A stretch of DNA of 64,000 nt. Origin: a virus. Position numbers and translations under genes: made by a program. Under the pieces are notes generated by a model. The model was not told the DNA's origin. It did not search any database and was given only the letters and a program-made list of their open reading frames with translations. The DNA lies in the IMG/VR virus record IMGVR_UViG_3300027586_000004, positions 1 through 64,000 of that record, one strand, 5' to 3'. This document shows, piece by piece, positions 1 to 10,124 of this stretch; position 1 is the first letter of the stretch; each line of letters begins with the position of its first letter.

Positions 1-165
1 CGGTTCAACCGGTGGCGGTGGTGGTGGCGGTTCAATCGGTGGCGGTGGTGGTGGCGGTTCAACCGGTGGCGGTGGTGGTGGCGGTTCAACCGGTGGCGGT
101 GGTGGTGGTGGATAGTCCGGTGGCGGTGGTGGTGGTGGATAGTCCGGTGGCGGTGGCTGTGGTGG
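1..165 (-). repeat. 27-nt tandem repeats encoding PPPPPPP(VE/IE/DY)
   Basis: cggttcaaccggtggcggtggtggtgg-type units repeated from base 1. Confidence 0.9.
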
Positions 166-1167
166 ATGATCAATGCAGCAATTTCTGCAAACGAGTTTCG
201 GTTCGCACAGACATCCAGCGACGACATACGTCCAATAATCTCCGTCCAGGCAAAATGGATCACAACTGCCCGCGGGCAGGGGTGCGCACGAGCTGCTGCT
301 GCTAGAGCACAAACAGTGAGAGCATCCTTCTGGCGTTTCATATGGTCCGCCAGTGAGTACATAAGTGTTAGGATCGTATTGTGACTCGGTTATGCAGAAG
401 TAATCATCGCAGCCGAAGGTCGTTGATGTAGGCGTTTGCGTGGGTGTAGTTGTAGGTGTTGATGTAGGAGTTTGAGTTGGCGTGAGTGTGGGCGTGCTTG
501 TCGGTGTTGGCGTAGGCGCGCTGCTTGAACTGCTTGAACTGCTTGAACTGCTTGAACTGCTTGAACTGCTTGAACTGCTTGAACTGCTTGAACTGCTTGA
601 ACTGCTTGAACTAGACGAGCTGCTGCTGGACGAGCAGTTATTGGGGTTGGCCCGGCAACAGGCCTCGTCCCTCGCCGGCCCGTCCGGCCCACAGGCGCAC
701 AGGCAGTCGTCTGTCGTCGGGTAGCCCGTCTGTTCTGTGGTTATCACAACCTTGGTGCTGCAGCTTCCGCAGATGTACGCCTCGCAACCGTCGCCATCAC
801 AAGGAGACGAGCTGCTGCTGGACGAGTCAGATGTTCCGTCCCATAAGGATTGTGAAAATACAAATCCGTTGGATTTTATTACTGCATTTGACGATGTTGG
901 TATTTGCCAGAAATTATTGGCGCTCTTTCTCGCACAGTAATATCTTTGGCTGGAGCTGCTTGAGGGGCTGGAGCTGCTTGAGGGGGGGTCTGGTGTGGGT
1001 GTGGGAAATGGGGGAAATGGGGGGAAAGTGGGCGTGGGGGGTGGCGAAGGTGGATCTTCCGGCGAAGGTGGAACACCACCGCAGCACCCAGCCGGATCGT
1101 AGTAGGGTCCGCCTACTTGATTTTGTAAGTTTTCGTTGAAATTCTTTTGGTCTATGCAATTTGGCAT
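1..1167 (-). CDS. Cys/Pro/Ser/Thr-rich low-complexity protein, probably virion surface; partial, runs off the left edge
   Basis: Manual translation from ATG at 1167 (MPNCIDQKNFNENLQ...) is open for all 389 codons to base 1. Cys clusters are separated by poly-Ser, PT and PPPPPPPVE repeats. Missing from the ORF track because its stop is outside the window. TATATA at 1205-1210 upstream. Confidence 0.85.
   Translation of the reverse strand, partial: MPNCIDQKNFNENLQNQVGGPYYDPAGCCGGVPPSPEDPPSPPPTPTFPPFPPFPTPTPDPPSSSSSPSSSSSQRYYCARKSANNFWQIPTSSNAVIKSNGFVFSQSLWDGTSDSSSSSSSPCDGDGCEAYICGSCSTKVVITTEQTGYPTTDDCLCACGPDGPARDEACCRANPNNCSSSSSSSSSSSSSSSSSSSSSSSSSSSSSSSSSSSSSSAPTPTPTSTPTLTPTQTPTSTPTTTPTQTPTSTTFGCDDYFCITESQYDPNTYVLTGGPYETPEGCSHCLCSSSSSSCAPLPAGSCDPFCLDGDYWTYVVAGCLCEPKLVCRNCCIDHPPQPPPPDYPPPPPPPDYPPPPPPPVEPPPPPPPVEPPPPPPPIEPPPPPPPVEP
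521..610 (-). repeat. 9-nt tandem repeat (CTGCTTGAA x10) encoding poly-Ser
   Basis: Ten perfect copies; reads AGT TCA AGC on the minus strand. Confidence 0.95.
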
Positions 1168-1241
1168 TTTTTATAATCGTGCGGCAGGCTGTTGACGGCG
1201 ACTTTATATAGTTTTATTTTTCCAGAAAACTTGACTCGGAT

Positions 1242-3290
1242 TCAGGACAGATTTGAGGCCTTTATCACCTCGACCGAACCCTTGTCCACGAAGGTGAATG
1301 AGATGTCCTGCCGCCCGCGGAGGATTGGTTCGCCATGCTCGTCCTTGTTTTTGATGGATGCGGAAACCGATCTTCTGACTGATTCTCTGGCCTTGCTGAA
1401 GTGCTTGGAGTGCAGCCAAACCTCCAGTTCTTCAGAGTCTTCGGACCACTTGAATATCACGAGTCCATGCTCGTATGCCTTCTTTTCTGCGATCTCCTTC
1501 TCGTATTTCAGGACGTCGGACTCGTCGGCCTCCGGCTCGTACTTCCAGTTCTCCTCCTCCTCTTCCTTCTTGAGCCGATCCTTCTTCCAGTCCACGAAGT
1601 CGTCAAAGTAGTCGCCCTTGATTTCTTTCTTGGCGTCCTCTTCGGAAGTGCCATCCCACTCTCCCTCGGAGAATCTGTCCTCGATGTACTCGTCCCACTC
1701 GTAATCTATGTCGGACTCCACATCCTCCCTGTCCTGTCCGTATGTCTCGGACTTTCTTTCCTCCGCATTCGCATAGGCTTCCTCGCTCGCCTTCTCATGA
1801 GCCGCGCCGAACACCTCCTCCTTGTCTACGATGTCCTCGTCTAGGGCAAGCCGGGAGACCTCCACGTCGTCGCCGTCGATATATTTCAATGGGATGTCCT
1901 TCCATGAAGTGTCGGTTCCTGCCTGCATGTACTTGAAGGAGCCTCTGGCGATGGTTTCCCTGTCCGTCGCCAACTTCTCCTCTCGCTTCTTTTTGTCTTC
2001 TTCATCCCTGCTTTTTATTTTATTGTGGGCGTCCTCTATCTGATCTTTTCCGCGTATTTCAATGTATTCGGCAAGTGTTTTGAGGTACTTTATGTCGCCC
2101 GGCCTGATGGTCTCTCCCGATTCAAGCCATGCGTTGATCGCCTCCTCGTACTCCCTCTTGAACCTCTCGTAATTCCCGCTTGCGTACTTGGAGAGAAGAG
2201 GGGATATGGAGAATATTCTGACGGCGTAGCTCATCCATAGACGCGGGTTTTCCACCACGTACGAGTACTCTTCCTGATGTATTTCCCTGTATAGTCTGAC
2301 GGCGTCGTCTGCGTCTTGCGTCTTGGCCGCCTCCTCCATGACTTCGTACATGTGTTCGCTGTCGTCCTTCAGGGCCTCGATGAAGAATGTGAGGAACGGA
2401 CTTTCGCTGTGTTGCCAGTTGATGTACTTGACCAGCTCATCAAGCGGAACCTTCGTGTTTTCTGCCTGAACGTCCTTGTCCCACGAATGTCTGAAGTACT
2501 TGTAAACCTGTTCCCTGGCCTTCGGGTGGTTTGTTAGCATCTTGTCCGCGAGAAACTTGATGTAGGCGGCGGACTTCTTTATCTTGGTTGCGTCGTCTTC
2601 GTGTTCTTGTTTGCCCTTGTTTGACCATACGGTCTCGGCGGCCTTGTAGTTCCAGCCCTTTACAATCCTGTAGTTGTCTATGATGTCGTTGTCTATGAGG
2701 GGCTGGGCGCTCTTCTTCATCGTTGCGACGATATTGCCCATCTGGTGTGTTGCGCTGCCGGGGTTCACCCGTATGAAATAGGCCCATGAACCGCTCATCT
2801 TGCCGAAGGACATGCCCGGAGTGGCCTTCTTGGCATTTGACGAGCCCTTGCCCATCTCCGGCGTGCTTGTCGCGGAGAACTCCTTTTCACCCTTCATCCC
2901 CTTCATGGCGGGATGGTCGTCGTCTACTCCCGCGGCCGACATGGCTCCCATCCATGCGCTGTCGCCTTCCTTGTAGGGCAGGGGCTTGAGTCCCGATGCG
3001 GCCAGCGATGCGGTGAGCGACTTGATGAAAGCCCTGTCCGCCCCGTTTCCGGGTTCTATCGGGGTCTTCTTTATGATTCCGACCACCGTCGCGGCGCCGT
3101 CGGAAAGTTTCACGTATCCTGGACGCTCCTCCGAGAACGGCCACACCTCGAAGGACGAATAGTAATCGCCCGAGCCGTAGGAGAACTCCACGACGTTGCT
3201 GTTCTCCCTTGACTTTCCGAGGTATGCCTCCCCGGAGCCAGTGTCGACTACTATGTTTTCATGAAGAAAGAGCCATTCCTTGAATTGCAT
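1242..3290 (-). CDS. Large hypothetical protein with acidic C-terminal region; candidate internal head protein
   Basis: Long ORF; likely start MQFKEWLFLHE at 3290, with TATATA 4 nt upstream. Confidence 0.8.
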   Translation of the reverse strand: MQFKEWLFLHENIVVDTGSGEAYLGKSRENSNVVEFSYGSGDYYSSFEVWPFSEERPGYVKLSDGAATVVGIIKKTPIEPGNGADRAFIKSLTASLAASGLKPLPYKEGDSAWMGAMSAAGVDDDHPAMKGMKGEKEFSATSTPEMGKGSSNAKKATPGMSFGKMSGSWAYFIRVNPGSATHQMGNIVATMKKSAQPLIDNDIIDNYRIVKGWNYKAAETVWSNKGKQEHEDDATKIKKSAAYIKFLADKMLTNHPKAREQVYKYFRHSWDKDVQAENTKVPLDELVKYINWQHSESPFLTFFIEALKDDSEHMYEVMEEAAKTQDADDAVRLYREIHQEEYSYVVENPRLWMSYAVRIFSISPLLSKYASGNYERFKREYEEAINAWLESGETIRPGDIKYLKTLAEYIEIRGKDQIEDAHNKIKSRDEEDKKKREEKLATDRETIARGSFKYMQAGTDTSWKDIPLKYIDGDDVEVSRLALDEDIVDKEEVFGAAHEKASEEAYANAEERKSETYGQDREDVESDIDYEWDEYIEDRFSEGEWDGTSEEDAKKEIKGDYFDDFVDWKKDRLKKEEEEENWKYEPEADESDVLKYEKEIAEKKAYEHGLVIFKWSEDSEELEVWLHSKHFSKARESVRRSVSASIKNKDEHGEPILRGRQDISFTFVDKGSVEVIKASNLS

Positions 3291-3356
3291 GCCGTATATA
3301 GCGGGAAGATTTGAGTTAAAACACATATATAATGCGAATGTAACCCGAGGAATGCC

Positions 3357-3740
3357 GTGAAAAAATCAAACTACTCTCTTTACCTAGCCGGCATGATCGG
3401 CGAGAGCAAATACCTCGAGAACGAGGAGATGGCCCAAGGCTCGCCGCCGACGGCGGGCCTTGACTCGCCTGAATTCAAGTCGTGGCTTTCAAAATTTGAA
3501 AAAAAGTTCCCCGGGGTTGCGTATCCAGGAATGTCAAGAGAAGACCAAAGCAACCTGTATACTGGTAGAATAATACTTGTTTTGGACGAATTGGGCATGA
3601 CAGACGACTGGGCTCAATACGCCGTGTACACGTACCTTGAACGGATGATCAAAAACTACGAAGATCTGCTTTTGAAGCTGGTGGGCAGTAAATATCCGGA
3701 AATGCTGGATGCCTACAGGCAATGGCACGACATAGACTGA
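3357..3740 (+). CDS. Hypothetical protein
   Basis: 127-aa ORF with GAGGA RBS before a GTG start; TATATA upstream. Confidence 0.7.
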   Translation: MKKSNYSLYLAGMIGESKYLENEEMAQGSPPTAGLDSPEFKSWLSKFEKKFPGVAYPGMSREDQSNLYTGRIILVLDELGMTDDWAQYAVYTYLERMIKNYEDLLLKLVGSKYPEMLDAYRQWHDID

Positions 3741-3777
3741 TCCGACTGGCACTTCCGGAGCTAAATATTCATTGGTT

Positions 3778-4083
3778 TCATGGCCGAACTGGAGGAGAAA
3801 ATAGCTTAATGAGGCCAGATGCCAGATCCGAACCCAACAGTTCTAAAACCCTACTCTCGACAGAAGCCTGGGTGTAGTCGCCGGCGGATACATAATCCTC
3901 TTTTTCCCATAGAATAAGAGGATAAGGACATGGTCTAATTTGCACGACAACGCTTTGACGTTTGTTGTCATCAATAATAATGACATTGAGCTCTGAAAGC
4001 GTTATGGGGTTTTGAACTCGCACTTCACCATTTGCTCTGGTAATAGTGGGAGGGGTAAAAGTTACGGGCTGGTCTAAGATCAT
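3778..4083 (-). CDS. Small protein downstream of the fibre gene (possible fibre partner or chaperone)
   Basis: 101-aa ORF with AGAGGAG RBS, directly after the 1634-aa gene. Confidence 0.7.
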   Translation of the reverse strand: MILDQPVTFTPPTITRANGEVRVQNPITLSELNVIIIDDNKRQSVVVQIRPCPYPLILWEKEDYVSAGDYTQASVESRVLELLGSDLASGLIKLFSPPVRP

Positions 4084-4104
4084 AAAAATCTCCTCTTGAT
4101 TGAA

Positions 4105-7100
4105 TTAAAACATGCCGAGAATGTTGCTGCCGTTGATGCCGCCTCCGTGTGCTACTACTATAGTATTGGAAGCGGCAGACAATGCTCCGCCTATACCATG
4201 TGTATTCTGTGAGTTTTCTCTGAAGGCAACAGAATTAACATCTATGGGTCCTCGTAGTTGGGAATTTTGATTAAACACTAGATTCGTTCCGACACTGAAA
4301 GATGCAGAGCTGGCGGAATAAGAATTATGGTTAAATGTCGCATCTCCATTTATAACACCGGCGTTGTATGAGCCATCATTGAATGTAGCGTCGTTGGACA
4401 CCGTGCAACTGGTGTTGTTGTATGAACTGCCGTTAAACGTAGCGTTGTTGGATACTGTGCCTTCGTTGTGTGAAGTGACGCTAAAGGTTGCATCGTGGGA
4501 CACTCCTCCGGCGTTGTGTGAGCTGCCATTGAATACGGCATCGTGCGTCACTGTGCCTTTGTTGTCTGAACTGCCATTGAAAACAGCATCGTTTGTTACT
4601 ATTCCGCTGTAGTTGTTGTATGAACTGCCATTGAAAGTGGCATTATAAACTGTTCCGTAGTCGTTGCGTGAACTGCTGTTGAAAGTAGCATAATTGGACA
4701 CCGTGCCGTCGTTGTATGTGCTTCCGTCAAAAGTGGCGTCGTGTGTCACTGTGCCGTCGTTGTACGAACCGTTGCCGAAAGTGGCGTCGTGGGACACTAT
4801 GCCTGTGGTGTGGTTGTAACCGCCGTCAAACGTGGCGTCGTTAGACACCGTGCCGTCGTTGTGTGAACTGCCGTTGAAAGTGGCATCTCCAATGAGAATA
4901 CCGCTGTTCCATGAATATCCGTCGAATATCCAGTTTTGACCGAGTGTTGTAAATGACCACGCTGTAGAGTCGTAAGTCCAATTGTTCCAGCCCGTATTTG
5001 AGTCGAGTGTGAAAGTTACAAGCGTTGCTGAAGAAAATGTTACGCCTCCGCTGAGGGTTCCAAGGGGGTTATTGCCGGATACGGCGGCAAACGCCGAAGC
5101 CGAAAAAGTGGCGGATCCGGACACTCCTCCGGTGTTGTATGAGCCGTCATTGAATACGGCATCGTGCGTCACTGAGCCTCTGTTTTCTGAACTGACATTG
5201 AAAGTAGCATCATTGGACACCGTGCCGCCGTAGTTGTTGTATGAACTGCCATTGAAAACAGCATTATAAACTGTTCCGTAGTGGTTGTATGAACTGACAT
5301 TGAAAGTAGCATAATTAGAAACGGTGCCGTTGTTGTATGTGCTTCCGTCAAATGTGGCGTCGTGTGTCACTGTGCCGTCGTTGTACGAACCGCCGTCGAA
5401 CGTGGCGTCGTGGGACACTATGCCTGTGGTGTGGTTGTAACCGCCGTCAAACGTGGCGTCGTTAGACACCGTGCCGTCGTTGTGCGAACTGCCGTTGAAA
5501 GTGGCATCTCCAATGAGAACGCCGCTGTTGTATGAAGAGCCGTCGAATATCCAGTTTTGACCGGGTGCAGTAAATGACCACGCTGTAGAGTCGTAATTCC
5601 AACTGCTCCAATTGCTCCAATTATTTGAGTCAAGTGTAAAAGTTACAGGCGTTGCTGAGGAAAATGTTACGCCTCCGCTGAGGGTTCCAAGGGGGTTGCT
5701 CCGGCCAAGCGTGGGATCGCCGGGATTGCCAGATACGGCGGCAAACGCCGAAGCCGAAAAAGTGGCGGATCCAGACACTCCTCCGGTGTTGTATGAGCTT
5801 TCATTGAATACGGCATCGTGCGTCACTGTGCCTCTGTTTTCTGAACTGCCATTGAAAACAGCGTCGTTTGTTATCATGCCGTTGTAGTTGTTGTATGAAC
5901 TGCCATTGAAAACAGCATTATAAACTGTTCCGTAGTAGTTGTATGAACTTACATTGAATACAGCATCATTGGACACGGTGCCGTTGTTGTATGTACTGCC
6001 GTCAAACGTGGCGTCGTGCGTCACTGTGCCGCTATTAAATGAACTGCCGCCGAACGTGGCGTCGTTAGAAACTACGCCTGAAGTGTGGTTGTAACCGCCG
6101 TCAAACGTGGCGTCGTTAGACACTGTGCCGTCGTTGTGTGAACTGTCGTTGAAAGTGGCATCTCCAATGAGAATACCGCTGTTCCATGAATAGCCGTCGA
6201 ATATCCAGTTTTGACCGGGTGCAGTAAATGACCACGCTGTAGAGTCGTAATTCCAACTGCTCCAGCCCGTATTTGAGTCAAGTGTGAAAGTTACAGGCGT
6301 TGGCGAGGAGAATGTTACGCCTCCATTTAGGGTTCCAAGGACCATGGTCTGCCATGGGTGAGGTCCGGATACGACGGCAAACGCCGAAGCCGAAAAAGTG
6401 GCGGATCCAGACACTGTGCCGCTGTTGGTTGAACTGTCGTTGAATACGGCATCATTGGACAATGTGCCTCTGTTGTCTGAACTGCCATTGAAAACAACAT
6501 CATTTGTTACTATTCCGCTGGGGTTGTTGGACGAGCCGGCATTGAAGACAGCATTATAAGCTGTTCCATAGTTGTTGTATGAACCGCCGTTGAAAGTAGC
6601 ATCATTGGACACTGTGCCGTCGTTGTGTGAATTGTCATTGAAGGTGGCATCGTGTGTCACTGTGCCGCTATTATATGAACCGCCGCCGAACGTGGCATCG
6701 TGGGACACTGTGCCTGTAGTGTGGTTGTAACCGCCGTTGAAAGTGGCGTCGTTAGACACTGTGCCGTCGTTGTGTGAACTGTCGTTGAAATTGGCATCTC
6801 CAATGAGAATACCGCTGTTGTATGCACTGCCGTTGAATATCCAGTTTTGACCGGGTGCAGTAAATGACCACGCTGTAGAGTCGTAATTCCAACTGCTCCA
6901 ATTGCTCCAATTATTTGAGTCAAGTGTAAAAGTTACAGGCGTTGCTGAGGAAAATGTTACGCCTCCGTTGAGGGTTCCAAGGGGGTTATTGCCAGATACG
7001 GCGGCAAACGCCGAAGCCGAAAAAGTGGCGTCTTCGGACACCGTTCCGGTGTTGTACGAACTGCCATTAAACGTGGCGTCGTGGGACACTGTGCCTCTGT

Positions 7101-9009
7101 TGGATGAAGATCCGGCAAAGGTTGCGTTTCCATCGACCGTGCCGTTATAGTTGTTGAATGAGGAGCCGCTGAAGGCGGCATCGCCTTTGATGACACTAGA
7201 GTTGTCGCCAAAGCTGAATATCCAGTTTTGACCGGATGTTGTGAACACCCACGAAGAAGTGTTGTAAGTCCACGAAACATTATTTCCCCAATTGAAAACC
7301 ACGGGCATCGCTGCGGTGAATGTGGTGGTTCCGCTCACACTGCCCGAGCCTGTTGGAGAACTATTTGTAAATTCCGCCCCGGAGAACTCTGCGTCTCCGG
7401 TGACTACGCCGTTGTTGTATGAATAATCGTTGAAAATGGCGGTCCCTGTTACTACCGCCCCGGCAAAATATGATGATTGGTTACCGTTGTGTGACCCGCC
7501 GTTAAAGGTGGCGGTTCCAGTGATTTGACCTTGGTTGTAGGCGTAGTAGCCATTAAAAGTCACATCGCCAGTGATTTGACCACTGTTGAAGCTCCCCGAA
7601 GAGTACTCGGTGTTAAAAATAACGTTTCCATGAATATTGCCTGCGGAGCCAAGCTGAGTGCCTGCGGAAAATGTCCAAACTGGATCGGGGGCATCAAATA
7701 TCCACAAAGATGCGTCGGTGTACCAACTGGCGGTTGCCGCAAAAGCTACCGGATCCAATGAAGTGAAGGTCGTTGTTCCGGTTGCATAGTTCCCGGGCCA
7801 ATTAGTAAATGCCGCTGCGGAGAACGCAACATTTCCAGTAATGGTCGCCGTGTAGTACCACTCGCCGTTGAAGGTGGCCGTGCCGGTTACGGTAATGGGT
7901 ATATCCAAACGTGAATTTGAGCCTAGGTACAAAGGGACTGTGGATAAATTGGCAACTGTTGGGGGGTTGCCAGAATTGCTAGTGACGACTGCCCGCAATT
8001 CAACATTGTCCGTTGCTGTCGGCAGTCGTCCCGCTGGAAGACTGATGTTGTAATCTGCCAGCCAGTTGCTTAGGTTGTTCCAATCTCCGTTGCTGGTTCC
8101 CATGAATGCATATGTAATTGGCGTAAATATAGATCCAAGGTAATAATGATCTCCGTTGTAGAAACCAGACCCCAATTGGTTCATTCCGGTCGCAACCGCT
8201 TCGATGTAATAATCGTCTAGGGTCGTGTCCCATCCGGTTCCGTACTCGTTCAGCTGCGTTGCCACCCCGGCAAAGTAATAAACCGAACTGGTATTGTCGT
8301 ACCCTTCCGCCAGCGTTGGATATGCGGTGTAGTACAAACCGTCTCCGGCATATGTGCCGCGACCTGCCTGGTTTAACGACGGGGTTTGCTTGCCCAGTAT
8401 CACGAAGTAACCCGCACACGTGCCGCCTGTGTAGCCGATATACGATGTATGTATCGCGGAGACTGTACCGTCGTTGTACGAATTGTCGTTGAACGTGCAG
8501 GCCCCGGTCACAGTGCCGGTGGAGGCGTTCCGGCTGTTGCCGTTAAACACAGCGTTGCCGCTTACTGTGCCGAAGTTTTCAACCGGAGCAGCGACAGCAC
8601 AGGGGGGTACTCCAGCGTCTCCAGTGAACAATGCGTTGCCGGTAATTGTGCCAGAGTTAAATGCCGCCCCCACACCACCACTCTGCGAGCCAATAAATTC
8701 GCAGTTGCCGGTGACCGTGGCGCCCGCACCGATGGATGAATGAGTGAAGATGCCGTTGTAGCCGCCACCGCCAATCAATACATCCACACCCAAAATGTAG
8801 CCACCAGAAACTGCGGTCATGGCTAGCGTGTTGACTTCCAGCGCGCTGCCAGAGTTGCTCGTAACGCTGCCAGTCAGGATAACGTCGTCGATGGCTGTTG
8901 GGAGTGCAGATGCGGGGTCGCTCAATGCGCCTGCGGTGTTCGTCGTCCACCAGTTGCCAAGATCGTTCCAGTTGGTGCTTACTGCGGCGTTGTAATAAAA
9001 TGTTGCCAT
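4105..9009 (-). CDS. Large repeat-rich fibre/adhesin (predicted beta-helix)
   Basis: 1634 aa, N/G/S/T-rich, dozens of ~17-19-aa GTVS(N/H)DATF(N/D)GSSYN repeats; WxxxxNW..P...D.V motif occurs twice. Confidence 0.8.
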   Translation of the reverse strand: MATFYYNAAVSTNWNDLGNWWTTNTAGALSDPASALPTAIDDVILTGSVTSNSGSALEVNTLAMTAVSGGYILGVDVLIGGGGYNGIFTHSSIGAGATVTGNCEFIGSQSGGVGAAFNSGTITGNALFTGDAGVPPCAVAAPVENFGTVSGNAVFNGNSRNASTGTVTGACTFNDNSYNDGTVSAIHTSYIGYTGGTCAGYFVILGKQTPSLNQAGRGTYAGDGLYYTAYPTLAEGYDNTSSVYYFAGVATQLNEYGTGWDTTLDDYYIEAVATGMNQLGSGFYNGDHYYLGSIFTPITYAFMGTSNGDWNNLSNWLADYNISLPAGRLPTATDNVELRAVVTSNSGNPPTVANLSTVPLYLGSNSRLDIPITVTGTATFNGEWYYTATITGNVAFSAAAFTNWPGNYATGTTTFTSLDPVAFAATASWYTDASLWIFDAPDPVWTFSAGTQLGSAGNIHGNVIFNTEYSSGSFNSGQITGDVTFNGYYAYNQGQITGTATFNGGSHNGNQSSYFAGAVVTGTAIFNDYSYNNGVVTGDAEFSGAEFTNSSPTGSGSVSGTTTFTAAMPVVFNWGNNVSWTYNTSSWVFTTSGQNWIFSFGDNSSVIKGDAAFSGSSFNNYNGTVDGNATFAGSSSNRGTVSHDATFNGSSYNTGTVSEDATFSASAFAAVSGNNPLGTLNGGVTFSSATPVTFTLDSNNWSNWSSWNYDSTAWSFTAPGQNWIFNGSAYNSGILIGDANFNDSSHNDGTVSNDATFNGGYNHTTGTVSHDATFGGGSYNSGTVTHDATFNDNSHNDGTVSNDATFNGGSYNNYGTAYNAVFNAGSSNNPSGIVTNDVVFNGSSDNRGTLSNDAVFNDSSTNSGTVSGSATFSASAFAVVSGPHPWQTMVLGTLNGGVTFSSPTPVTFTLDSNTGWSSWNYDSTAWSFTAPGQNWIFDGYSWNSGILIGDATFNDSSHNDGTVSNDATFDGGYNHTSGVVSNDATFGGSSFNSGTVTHDATFDGSTYNNGTVSNDAVFNVSSYNYYGTVYNAVFNGSSYNNYNGMITNDAVFNGSSENRGTVTHDAVFNESSYNTGGVSGSATFSASAFAAVSGNPGDPTLGRSNPLGTLSGGVTFSSATPVTFTLDSNNWSNWSSWNYDSTAWSFTAPGQNWIFDGSSYNSGVLIGDATFNGSSHNDGTVSNDATFDGGYNHTTGIVSHDATFDGGSYNDGTVTHDATFDGSTYNNGTVSNYATFNVSSYNHYGTVYNAVFNGSSYNNYGGTVSNDATFNVSSENRGSVTHDAVFNDGSYNTGGVSGSATFSASAFAAVSGNNPLGTLSGGVTFSSATLVTFTLDSNTGWNNWTYDSTAWSFTTLGQNWIFDGYSWNSGILIGDATFNGSSHNDGTVSNDATFDGGYNHTTGIVSHDATFGNGSYNDGTVTHDATFDGSTYNDGTVSNYATFNSSSRNDYGTVYNATFNGSSYNNYSGIVTNDAVFNGSSDNKGTVTHDAVFNGSSHNAGGVSHDATFSVTSHNEGTVSNNATFNGSSYNNTSCTVSNDATFNDGSYNAGVINGDATFNHNSYSASSASFSVGTNLVFNQNSQLRGPIDVNSVAFRENSQNTHGIGGALSAASNTIVVAHGGGINGSNILGMF
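4400..7150 (-). repeat. Four large near-identical internal modules (about 630-650 nt period) in the fibre gene
   Basis: Marker gccgaagccgaaaaagtggc recurs near 5095, 5750, 6385 and 7010; each module contains LGTLxGGVTFSS...YDSTAWSFT...GQNWIF. Confidence 0.9.
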
Positions 9010-9012
9010 AAT

Positions 9013-10020
9013 TTAGTACCCCTTTACAAAGGCTATGATGTCCCATTCGACACGCGAATGGCAGTAGGTGGCGGCAAGAAGATCTGTAGCGTTTGCTGCA
9101 GTGGAAAGTAGAAGTATAGGGTTGGCCGATGAAGGAATCTTGAACTGAGTGCCTAGTGTGATCTCCCGCCCGCCAGTTGCATCTTGTTTTATTCTCCATC
9201 TGATGCTCTTCCCATCAGTTGGATTCGTTGGGTTTGCCAAAGTGAAATTCTCTGTGGCTGTAACATCAAAAATAGCCCCGGCAGACGCATCTGTGTCAAC
9301 AATGGAAGAAACAATGGAAGCGGCAATGACGTTTGTGGCAACAGCAATACCTTGAATGCCTTGTATTCCTTGCGATCCAGTAACACCTTGAGAACCAGTA
9401 ATGCCTTGAATCCCTTGTGATCCAGTAATACCTTGAATACCCTGTGATCCTTCAGTGCCTTGTACTCCTTGAATCCCTTGTGATCCAGTAATACCTTGAA
9501 TACCCTGTGATCCTTCGGTGCCTTGTACTCCTTGAATCCCTTGTGATCCAGTAATACCTTGAATACCCTGTGATCCTTGAGTACCTTGTGAACCAGTGAT
9601 TCCTTGAATGCCTTGAGTACCTTGTGAACCAGTAATGCCTTGAGTACCTTGTGAACCAGTAATGCCTTGAGTACCTTGTGAACCAGTAATGCCTTGAGTA
9701 CCTTGTGAACCAGTAATGCCTTGTGTACCTTGTGAACCAGTAATGCCTTGTGTACCTTGTGAACCAGTAATGCCTTGAATGCCTTGTGTACCAGTAATTG
9801 CTTGAATTGCGTTCAAAGCCGTCTGCATTGCGTTGCTTACGGGCTTGTTGGCGTCGCTCGTGTTATCCACATTGCCGAGACCCACGGTCTGCTTCGTCGC
9901 GAGCGAGGCTATGCCCATAAGGGTGACCTTGGAGGTTACCGTACCCGCCGCGTTAGTGGCGGGAGCCACGGCGGTCTGTTCCGCGGGGCCCGAAGGAAGT
10001 TCAGATATTTTTATGCCCAT
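9013..10020 (-). CDS. Collagen-like tail/whisker fibre protein
   Basis: MGIKISELP N-terminus, phage tail repeat VGLGNVDNTSDANKPVS, 50 G-X-Y triplets, globular C-terminus. Confidence 0.85.
   Translation of the reverse strand: MGIKISELPSGPAEQTAVAPATNAAGTVTSKVTLMGIASLATKQTVGLGNVDNTSDANKPVSNAMQTALNAIQAITGTQGIQGITGSQGTQGITGSQGTQGITGSQGTQGITGSQGTQGITGSQGTQGITGSQGTQGIQGITGSQGTQGSQGIQGITGSQGIQGVQGTEGSQGIQGITGSQGIQGVQGTEGSQGIQGITGSQGIQGITGSQGVTGSQGIQGIQGIAVATNVIAASIVSSIVDTDASAGAIFDVTATENFTLANPTNPTDGKSIRWRIKQDATGGREITLGTQFKIPSSANPILLLSTAANATDLLAATYCHSRVEWDIIAFVKGY
9343..9792 (-). repeat. Collagen G-X-Y repeat (GTQ/GIT/GSQ/GIQ), 50 triplets
   Basis: 450 nt of uninterrupted Gly-X-Y with 27-nt DNA units. 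Confidence 0.9.
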
Positions 10021-10124
10021 TTTTCCTCACTTTATTTAATGCCTTGAGCCCTTCCGAGGTGCTTGCAGGGGCATGAGTGTGATCCTTTTATTGAATATAT
10101 CTATAAGGAAAAATATTTTTCTGA

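Noticed and set aside
1-1139. ORF-track products with VVVAVQ, VQA and LLE repeats
   Set aside because: Alternative frames of the tandem repeats in the real minus-strand gene 1167..<1.
4105-9792. Repeats as a CRISPR array or DGR template/variable repeats
   Set aside because: Repeats are in-frame coding units without unique spacers; differences are not adenine-specific and no reverse transcriptase or cas gene is present.
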